From NCBI GenBank assembly GCA_964536865.1, contig CAZHYN010000013.1, forward strand, positions 19,100-43,099: 24,000 bases of DNA, written 5' to 3'. Below the pieces are notes generated by a model. The model had not been told where the DNA came from, did no database searches, and worked only from the letters and a program-made list of their open reading frames with translations. Positions 1 through 5,901 of this stretch are shown one piece after another; position 1 is the stretch's first letter; every line of letters starts with the position of its first letter. The DNA is from an uncultured Planctomycetia bacterium (GTDB taxonomy: Bacteria; Omnitrophota; Gorgyraeia; Duberdicusellales; 4484-171). The position numbers and the translations under genes are program-made.

Positions 1-624
1 ATAATGATTCTTATGAGTAATTTTTTTCTCGGCCCCTGGAGAGACAGTTCTAACTTTTTGTTAAAAATTCTATGGTTTATGATTCTTCTTGGTATAGCTG
101 TAGGGGCATTTTTATCTTTTAAATTATTCATAACTACTCCTGGAGGAAGACGTTGGTGGGATAATGCTAAATTTAGAATGTATATATTTGGGAAAATCTA
201 TAAAAAAATAACTATGCTTAGGTTTGCTTCAATGCTCAATGTGCTTTATCAGGCAGGACTTCCCATTCTTAATATTCTGGATGTTGTAAAAATCACTATT
301 GGGAACGTGGTGTTAGCTAAAGAGTTGGATAATGTAAAAAGGTTTGTAGCTGATGGTAAAGGAATTTCTGGAGGTCTTTTAGGTAGCAAATTATTTCCCC
401 CACTAGTTTCTTATATGGTCTCTGTAGGAGAAAAGGCAGGGGCATTATCTACTATGCTTGATTCTCTATGTGAGTACTATTCCTTAGAAGTAAGAACTTC
501 TCTAAAAAACTTAACCTCTTTGATTGAGCCTATTATGACTTTAGTTTTAGGGGTAGTGATAGGAGGAATGGCTTTAGCGATATTCCTGCCTATGTGGAAT
601 TTGATTTCTATTATCCGAAGATAA
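1..624 (+). CDS. pilC: Type IV pilus / T2SS inner-membrane platform protein, PilC/GspF family, C-terminal part (5' end outside window)
   Basis: Frame 1 is open from base 1 to TAA 622-624. The translation shows a GspF-type repeat (LNVLYQAGLPILNILDVV, SYMVSVGEKAGALSTMLDSLCEYY) and a terminal TM helix (IEPIMTLVLGVVIGGMALAIFLPMWNL). A pilin gene lies 3 kb downstream. Confidence 0.8.
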   Translation: MMILMSNFFLGPWRDSSNFLLKILWFMILLGIAVGAFLSFKLFITTPGGRRWWDNAKFRMYIFGKIYKKITMLRFASMLNVLYQAGLPILNILDVVKITIGNVVLAKELDNVKRFVADGKGISGGLLGSKLFPPLVSYMVSVGEKAGALSTMLDSLCEYYSLEVRTSLKNLTSLIEPIMTLVLGVVIGGMALAIFLPMWNLISIIRR

Positions 625-1434
625 GTGATTTTTGGTTTTTTAATAGGAATAGTTATTCTAATAATTTATATTATTATCTCTTCCTGGTGGTGGAGAAGAA
701 AATTACATTTTTATGTTAAAAAATCTCGAGAAGAGGAAGCTAGACTCATTCATCTAGAGAAAATGGCCTCTTTAGGAACTTTAGCTGCTGGAGTAGCTCA
801 TGAGATTAATAATCCTTTGACCTTTCTTCTTACTAATCTAGGACTCCTTTCTCACTATATAAAAGAGGAGAAGAGAGTCAAAGAAGAGTTACAAAAAGAA
901 ATAAGTGTAATTTTAGATGAGTGTAACGAAGGAGTGAATAGAATAAAGAGGATTGTTCAAGATCTGCTTTCTTTTTCTCACCGCTCACGAGGTAAAAAAG
1001 TTTCTACAAACATCAATGAGTTGCTGGATGTAAGTATAAGAATTCTATGGAATGAGATAAAGTATAAGGTTGATATAGTAAAAAATTATGAAGCAGTAAC
1101 TCCTCTTCGGATAGATCCTAATCAACTAAGTCAAGTATTTTTAAATATAATCATCAACGCTACTCATGCAGTAAAGAATAAAGGGACAATTTTTCTTTCT
1201 ACCCAAGAGAATGAGAAGGAATTTATCATTAAGGTTTCTGATACAGGAGAAGGAATTCCTAAAGAAGTTCTTCCCAAGATTTTTGAACCTTTCTTTACTA
1301 CTAAGGGAGGTACGGGTTTAGGACTCTATGTAAGCAAAAATATTGTGGAGAATATGGGGGGTAGGATAGAAGTAGAAACTCAATTGGGAGAGGGTAGTAC
1401 ATTCACTATTTTTCTGCCTAAAGTTAAAAAATAA
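625..1434 (+). CDS. Sensor histidine kinase (one N-terminal TM helix, HisKA + HATPase_c, no recognisable sensor domain)
   Basis: GTG 625 directly abuts the pilC stop. H-box AAGVAHEINNPL, N-box NIIINATHA, G1 DTGEGI, G2 GGTGLGL. Confidence 0.85.
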   Translation: MIFGFLIGIVILIIYIIISSWWWRRKLHFYVKKSREEEARLIHLEKMASLGTLAAGVAHEINNPLTFLLTNLGLLSHYIKEEKRVKEELQKEISVILDECNEGVNRIKRIVQDLLSFSHRSRGKKVSTNINELLDVSIRILWNEIKYKVDIVKNYEAVTPLRIDPNQLSQVFLNIIINATHAVKNKGTIFLSTQENEKEFIIKVSDTGEGIPKEVLPKIFEPFFTTKGGTGLGLYVSKNIVENMGGRIEVETQLGEGSTFTIFLPKVKK

Positions 1435-1455
1435 TTTCTTTAAGAGAAAAGTGCT

Positions 1456-1809
1456 ATGGGAGTAGAGAAAAGAAAGTATCCTAGGGTTAAGGTTAAGTTT
1501 TCCGTAGAGTATAGGGGGAAGAATGTTTGGCAAAACGCTGAGATTGACAATATCTCCAGAGGGGGGATGTTTATTGTTACGGAGAAGATAGAGCCACCAG
1601 GAACAAATATAGAGCTTATTTTTGAACTAGGAGAAAGTAAGAGGAAGATCCAAGCTCAAGGAGTAGTGGTGTGGACACGTACTCAATCTCAGCACAATCA
1701 TGAAGGTAGGCTTCTCCCTCAGGGTATGGGAGTCCAATTCACCAAAATTTTCCCTGGAGAAGCAGAAAATTTTTTGGCTGATTTAATAGAGAAGTGGAGA
1801 GATGGATAA
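1456..1809 (+). CDS. PilZ domain protein (stand-alone c-di-GMP receptor)
   Basis: Canonical PilZ motifs: RxxxR (RKYPR) and (D/N)xSxxG (DNISRGG) about 22 residues apart, on a roughly 117-aa beta-barrel-sized protein. Confidence 0.8.
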   Translation: MGVEKRKYPRVKVKFSVEYRGKNVWQNAEIDNISRGGMFIVTEKIEPPGTNIELIFELGESKRKIQAQGVVVWTRTQSQHNHEGRLLPQGMGVQFTKIFPGEAENFLADLIEKWRDG

Positions 1810-2374
1810 ACATACTATTCTCGTTGTAGATGATGAGCCTAATATAGTTTCTTCCCTAAAGAGGGTTCTTGCCTCCGAGGATAGAGAGATTTTATCTGCC
1901 TATAGTGCTGAAGAGGCTTGGAGGCTTCTTCAAGAGAAGGGAGAAGTAGAGGTAATTATTTGTGATAATAAATTACCGGGAGCCTCTGGCGTAGAATTCC
2001 TTTCCAAAGTAAAAACTGCTCATCCCCACACAGTAAGAATTCTTATTACTGGTTATCCTGATTTGACCAGTGTTGCAGAGGCAATAGATAAGGCAGGCAT
2101 CTGGCGGTACCTCTTAAAGCCTGTAGAGATAGAGGAGTTAAAAACTTTAGTAAACCAGGCTTTTGGTTACTATAGGATTTTAAAAGAAAATCAAATTCTT
2201 TTTGATATCGTTTGTCAACAAGCGGAGTGGCTTAAGGTATTAAGAGAAAAGTATCCTGAGATTGTGTCCCGGGAAGTAGAAGAAGGGAAGATAATTGATA
2301 TAGAATGGAGAGAAGCTTCTGACACAGTTAGAAAATTCATAGAAAAGTACTACCTTCACAAAAAAGGAGAATGA
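1802..2374 (+). CDS. Response regulator: CheY-like receiver domain plus ~70-aa uncharacterised C-terminal domain (no DNA-binding or GGDEF/EAL motif seen)
   Basis: VVDDEPNI acidic pocket, phospho-acceptor context IICDNKLPGASG, TGY and LLKP signatures. ATG 1802 overlaps the PilZ stop (1807-1809) by 8 nt. Confidence 0.85.
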   Translation: MDKHTILVVDDEPNIVSSLKRVLASEDREILSAYSAEEAWRLLQEKGEVEVIICDNKLPGASGVEFLSKVKTAHPHTVRILITGYPDLTSVAEAIDKAGIWRYLLKPVEIEELKTLVNQAFGYYRILKENQILFDIVCQQAEWLKVLREKYPEIVSREVEEGKIIDIEWREASDTVRKFIEKYYLHKKGE

Positions 2375-3183
2375 AAGAGTTAGAAAAAAGATTGGTAAAA
2401 GAAGGATGGGTTACCTCTGCTCAACTTATAAAAGCTAAGGAAGAGCAGAAGAAAAAAAAGAAGAAATCCTTATTCTCTGTTTTAGTAACTTTGGGATATC
2501 TAAGTGAAGAGGATATTTACCTATTCTTTGCTCAGAGTGCTCAGATACCTTTTGTAAGGCCAGGCGATTATCTTTCAGATGAAGAACTTTTTAATCTTTT
2601 TTCCGAAGACTTCTATCGGGAGCATCTTTTTGTTCCTCTCTTTAGAATAGGAAATACTCTTTACATTGGGACTGCTAATCCCCTGGATACAGAGTTTATG
2701 GATACCTTAAGGAAGCATACTAATTTAGATATCTTTCCTCTATTTGCCTCTCCTTCTTCTATCTTAGAGGCAATAAATCGTGTATTTGGGCCAGAGAAAG
2801 TATACTTACAGTTAGAGGAGTTAGTTAGTTTCTCTCCTTCATTAAGTATACTACCCTTAGGAAGAGAATCTGAAAGGATAGTGATAAATACACCTGTAGA
2901 GTTTAAAGTTATTGACAAGAGGATAACTTTAGCATCTTCTCAATATCTAAAGGGAACTGCTTTGAATATTTCTCAAAGTGGTAAGGGGGTAGGGATAAGG
3001 ACTTTTCTTTTTCTTCCTTCTGGAGCAAAGATTCTTCTAAAGTTTCCTTCATTCGATCCTAATTGTGAATTAGAAGCAGAGATAACCCACTGCAGAATGG
3101 AACAAGGTTATTATTTCTTAGGAGTGAAATTTCTCCAAACAAGAAAAGATTTATTAAGATATTTATTGGAAGAAAAAAAATAA
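2371..3183 (+). CDS. Fusion protein: N-terminal T2SSE_N/MshEN-like domain + C-terminal PilZ domain
   Basis: The N-terminus resembles the GspE/PilB N-terminal domain (LVKEGWVTSAQLIKAKEEQ..., VLVTLGYLSEEDIYLFFAQSAQIPFV). The C-terminus has RxxxR (RESER) and NxSxxG (NISQSG). ATGA start/stop overlap with the response regulator; RBS AAAGGAGA at 2363-2370. Confidence 0.65.
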   Translation: MKELEKRLVKEGWVTSAQLIKAKEEQKKKKKKSLFSVLVTLGYLSEEDIYLFFAQSAQIPFVRPGDYLSDEELFNLFSEDFYREHLFVPLFRIGNTLYIGTANPLDTEFMDTLRKHTNLDIFPLFASPSSILEAINRVFGPEKVYLQLEELVSFSPSLSILPLGRESERIVINTPVEFKVIDKRITLASSQYLKGTALNISQSGKGVGIRTFLFLPSGAKILLKFPSFDPNCELEAEITHCRMEQGYYFLGVKFLQTRKDLLRYLLEEKK

Positions 3184-3225
3184 TTTTCATAACTCTCTGA
3201 TATTAAAGAGATAATGAAAGCGGAG

Positions 3226-3255
3226 TTGACAGAGCAGAATTTTATATGTTATACT
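3226..3255 (+). promoter_or_regulatory. Putative sigma70-type promoter driving the riboswitch leader
   Basis: TTGACA 3226-3231, 18-nt spacer, TATACT 3250-3255. The predicted start lies about 35-40 nt upstream of the aptamer closing helix. Confidence 0.4.
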
Positions 3256-3296
3256 TAAATTGAAGCTCTTTATATTAAGGATTTATACTTTTATTA

Positions 3297-3480
3297 TACT
3301 ACTCGACAAAGGCAAACTCGTGGTAACACGAGGGCGCAAAGCCGTGCGTCCCGCTCTTTCTAAGACCCAGATTAACAGGGGTTTGAAGTTAAAGTGCATA
3401 AGGGATGCAGAGGCAGGTAAACTGCAGGATTTAACTAGAAATATGAAAAGGGCGGGATAGGCAGGTTGCCGAAAGTAGTA
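3297..3480 (+). promoter_or_regulatory. c-di-GMP-I (GEMM-I) riboswitch aptamer with an enlarged P2 arm
   Basis: 3308-3343 AAAGGCAAAC-TCGTG-GTAA-CACGA-GGGCGCAAAGCC matches the GEMM-I 5' core (GGCAAAC, GNRA-capped hairpin, GCGCAAAGCC). 3451-3471 GGCGGGATAGGCAGGTTGCCG matches the 3' core (..GGUAGGUAGC..GGUUACCG). Closing helix is TACTACT 3297-3303 / AGTAGTA 3474-3480. The P2 base TCCCGC(3349-3354)/GCGGGA(3452-3457) encloses about 95 nt. Confidence 0.75.
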
Positions 3481-3494
3481 TTTATTTTTTATTT

Positions 3495-3540
3495 AAGCCG
3501 AACTACTTTAGCCTTTAGGAGAGTAGTTCGGCTTTTTTGT
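3495..3540 (+). terminator. Rho-independent terminator (riboswitch expression platform)
   Basis: Perfect 13-bp stem AAGCCGAACTACT (3495-3507) / AGTAGTTCGGCTT (3522-3534) whose 3' end runs into a T6 tract (3533-3538). Confidence 0.8.
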
Positions 3541-3559
3541 TCTCCGAGAGATAAAAAAC

Positions 3560-3588
3560 TTGACTTACTCTTAAAAAGCTGATATTCT
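3560..3588 (+). promoter_or_regulatory. Possible second promoter immediately upstream of the pilin RBS
   Basis: TTGACT 3560-3565, 17-nt spacer, TATTCT 3583-3588. The -10 is weak, so this is tentative. Confidence 0.3.
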
Positions 3589-3612
3589 TAATAAAGAAAG
3601 GAGGTGAGTAAG

Positions 3613-3972
3613 ATGCGCAGAGGTTTTACTCTTATTGAATTAATTATGATTATCGTTATCATTGGTATTTTAGCAGCTATTGCTATCCCTAAATTTATTG
3701 ACTTAAGAACTGATGCCCAAAAGGCTTCTTGTTTTGGTAGTGCTGCAGCAATTCAAACTGCTCTTTCTAACTATTATGCCCGCCAGGCTATAAAAGGAAG
3801 CCCTGGTTTTCCTAGCACCTTACATGATACATCCTTTACTAGTGAGTATTTCACTGAAGCTACTCTTCCTGATCATCCCAAAGGATGGGATTGGGATACC
3901 TATTATAGCAGTAATACCGGGGCTCTTCATACTGGTAAAGGGGCAGATAGCGGAGCCTGTACAAACTTTTAA
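3613..3972 (+). CDS. pilA: Type IV pilin (prepilin-type N-terminal cleavage/methylation domain)
   Basis: MRRG|FTLIELIMIIVIIGILAAIAIPKF is the class III signal peptide with G-1, F+1 and E+5. RBS AAAGGAGG ends at 3604, 8 nt before ATG 3613; the ORF-track GTG 3604 sits inside the RBS. 119 aa, with two Cys residues. Confidence 0.85.
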   Translation: MRRGFTLIELIMIIVIIGILAAIAIPKFIDLRTDAQKASCFGSAAAIQTALSNYYARQAIKGSPGFPSTLHDTSFTSEYFTEATLPDHPKGWDWDTYYSSNTGALHTGKGADSGACTNF

Positions 3973-3995
3973 TAGCTGAGTTCCTAAGACTACAT

Positions 3996-4023
3996 AAACC
4001 CCGCTTTTTTAAAAGCGGGGTTT
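3996..4023. terminator. Bidirectional intrinsic terminator between convergent pilin and GT-C/TPR genes
   Basis: AAACCCCGCTTTT / AAAAGCGGGGTTT palindrome followed by TTTATTATTTTT on the + strand. It overlaps the last codons (KPRF*) of the minus-strand gene. Confidence 0.6.
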
Positions 4024-5901
4024 ATTATTTTTATCTCTAAGAATAAGCTTACTTAAGGAGAGGGCAGGCCTAAATTGAGGGTTAAGACTAATTGTTTTTT
4101 CTAGCTCCTTTAAAAAGAGTGGATTCTTCAATTTCATATAAACCAATGCCAGAGCATAATGAGAATAATACCAGTCAGGTTTAATTTCTATAGATTTCTG
4201 GTAAAGCTGTTGGGCTTTGTGTAAATCTCCCTTTTTCTCATAAATTTTTCCCCATAGAAAGTAAGAGTAGAATTCAAAAGGGTTTATTTCTATAGCTTTT
4301 TTTATATATCTTTCTGCCATAGTTAGCTTATTTTCCTCTATATAGATTCGTGCTAACGCTTGGTAAGCTCGTTCACTGTAAGGATTTAATTTTAGAGCTT
4401 TGTTTAAATAATAAAGAGCCTTCTCTTTATCGTTCTTTTTTTCGTAAAGAGTGGCTAAGTTAGTATAGATCTGATATACTCTTGCTTGGTTAGGTTCTAG
4501 TTTTAAAGCTTCACTTAAATATTTTATTGCCTCATCATATTTTCCTTCCATGAAGTAAGTACCTGCTAAATTAACATATATTCCCGCCTTCCAATCTATA
4601 TCTTTGGTAGAGATAGTCAGAGCCTTAAAAAATATTTTCCTTGCCTTTTTTAAATACCCCTTCTCTTTATAACTTACCCCTAAATTTAGCCAGTTTCCTA
4701 TATGTTGGGGCTCTTTTTCTGTGCCTTTTCTCCACACTAAGGTAGGATAGTTAAGTTGACAATTTCTTTCCACAGTGAATATAGATAGAATGAAGATTAC
4801 TCCTAATGCAGGATACAAAAAGTATCTTTTGTTTTTTATATAAAAATTTTTAAAAACCTCCATCAGAATTATGTATATACCTATACTGGGAAGATAAAAG
4901 TGGTGTTCCATAGCAGGTACTTTTAAGGTCGCATAAAACTTCGGAAGAAGCATTAAGAGATACCAAAAAACCCCTAAACTTAAAAGATATATTCTTTTTC
5001 TTAAGAGTAGAAGAGTAAATACAAGAATAATTATTCCCATCAAAGGAAAAAAACCTTGAGGTTGAAGAATAGAATTTAGCTGAGGGTAATAATGCAGGAA
5101 ATTAAGATTATCGGGAAATAAAAATAATCTCAGATAGAAAAAGCTTACCCAACTTTGAATAAGAATATTAGAAAGCGGACTCCTTAATCCTCCAGGAGTA
5201 ATTCCCTTAAAGAAGGCTTTTTTGTAAAGAAAATAGAGGAGAGAAATAGTGATGAGAGAAAATAAAAGAAAAATATTCTTCTTCTCTTTAAAAGTGAATT
5301 TAAGACTCCTATATTGATAAAGAAGGTAGTGGCCTCCTATCAAAAGCGGAAAACATAGCCCTGTTTCCTTAGTTAGCAGAGAAAATACATACAGTAAACA
5401 ACTTAAAGCATATCTTTTCTTTAAATAAAGTAAGAATCCCCCCAAAATAAAAAAAGTTACCATCAAATCCGACCTACTAGATATGTAACTGACCGCTTCG
5501 GTATTTATAGGGTGAACTAAAAACAAAAGGATTATAAGAAAGGCTAAGGTTTTGGGGGTATCTTTTTTTAGAGAAGTTAATAAAAAGTAGAGAAGAGTAG
5601 CATTTAAGAAGTGAAGAAGAACATTTATGATGCGGTACCCCACAGGGTTAAGACCTCCACCCCAATAATTAAAAGCAAAACTAAGCATAAGAAGAGGTCT
5701 ACACATTCCTTTGGGGATGGGGTAGCTGGTAACATATCCTTTAAAAAACAGAGGGAAGTATTTTGGATTTTTTATGAAAGTATTTTCTTCTATCATATAG
5801 TAGTCATCGAAGATAAAGGGAGCATTAAGAGCACTGCTATAGGTAAGAAGAGAGATAACTACTAAAGAAAGTATTACAAGATAATCAATTTTACTTTTCA
5901 C
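4009..5901 (-). CDS. TMTC/PMT-like GT-C fold glycosyltransferase (polytopic N-terminal domain) fused to C-terminal TPR repeats, paralog 2
   Basis: About 390 aa of hydrophobic helices with the first-loop acidic motif FIFDDYYMIEEN (GT-C DD/DE loop, as in TMTC and PMT/ArnT families). These are followed by about 6-7 TPR units (e.g. AIKYLSEALKLEPNQARVY, ALYYLNKALKLNPYSERAY). GTG start 5899-5901 overlaps the upstream paralog's stop by 11 nt. Confidence 0.7.
   Translation of the reverse strand: MKSKIDYLVILSLVVISLLTYSSALNAPFIFDDYYMIEENTFIKNPKYFPLFFKGYVTSYPIPKGMCRPLLMLSFAFNYWGGGLNPVGYRIINVLLHFLNATLLYFLLTSLKKDTPKTLAFLIILLFLVHPINTEAVSYISSRSDLMVTFFILGGFLLYLKKRYALSCLLYVFSLLTKETGLCFPLLIGGHYLLYQYRSLKFTFKEKKNIFLLFSLITISLLYFLYKKAFFKGITPGGLRSPLSNILIQSWVSFFYLRLFLFPDNLNFLHYYPQLNSILQPQGFFPLMGIIILVFTLLLLRKRIYLLSLGVFWYLLMLLPKFYATLKVPAMEHHFYLPSIGIYIILMEVFKNFYIKNKRYFLYPALGVIFILSIFTVERNCQLNYPTLVWRKGTEKEPQHIGNWLNLGVSYKEKGYLKKARKIFFKALTISTKDIDWKAGIYVNLAGTYFMEGKYDEAIKYLSEALKLEPNQARVYQIYTNLATLYEKKNDKEKALYYLNKALKLNPYSERAYQALARIYIEENKLTMAERYIKKAIEINPFEFYSYFLWGKIYEKKGDLHKAQQLYQKSIEIKPDWYYSHYALALVYMKLKNPLFLKELEKTISLNPQFRPALSLSKLILRDKNNKPRF
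5338..5778. repeat. 441-bp block, copy A, identical to 7313-7753 (direct repeat, offset 1975 bp)
   Basis: Base-by-base comparison of the two stretches found no mismatch. Identity breaks sharply at both ends (5337 c vs 7312 a; 5779 a vs 7754 g). Confidence 0.95.

Noticed and set aside
1318-1533. Antisense ORFs overlapping well-supported genes (1318-1533, 2661-2918, 11184-11381, 12304-12513, 14729-14983, 21336-21527, 22176-22412, 22662-22871)
   Set aside because: Each is nested opposite a longer ORF with clear family motifs, and none has a recognisable motif of its own. Such ORFs are typical products of AT-rich codon bias.
2452-2459. A8 tract (lysine run) in the T2SSE_N-PilZ gene as a frameshift or phase-variation site
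   Set aside because: The reading frame is intact across the tract and both flanking domains are in frame, so there is no evidence of a shift. It is only noted as a contrast to the broken A6 run in yggS.
3260-3460. 66-aa ORF (TTG start) between the T2SSE_N-PilZ gene and the pilin
   Set aside because: It lies entirely within the riboswitch leader, and its sequence is explained by conserved GEMM-I core motifs and helices. It has no RBS and the predicted peptide is Arg/Lys-rich and low-complexity.
3604-3612. GTG 3604 as the pilin start (MSKMRRG...)
   Set aside because: The GTG overlaps the AAAGGAGG Shine-Dalgarno sequence itself. ATG 3613 is optimally spaced and still leaves a short MRRG leader before the G|F cleavage site. 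The longer form cannot be strictly excluded.
3541-3612. Sigma54 (RpoN) promoter in front of the pilin, as in PilS/PilR-regulated pilA genes
   Set aside because: No TGGCAC-N5-TTGC-like element is present, and the region instead has a sigma70-like TTGACT box. No sigma54 activator is encoded nearby.
5611-5865. 84-aa plus-strand ORF, and its twin at 7586-7789
   Set aside because: These are antisense shadow ORFs inside the GT-C genes. They look duplicated only because they fall in the identical 441-bp block. Neither has an RBS, and the composition reflects reverse-complemented membrane-protein codons.
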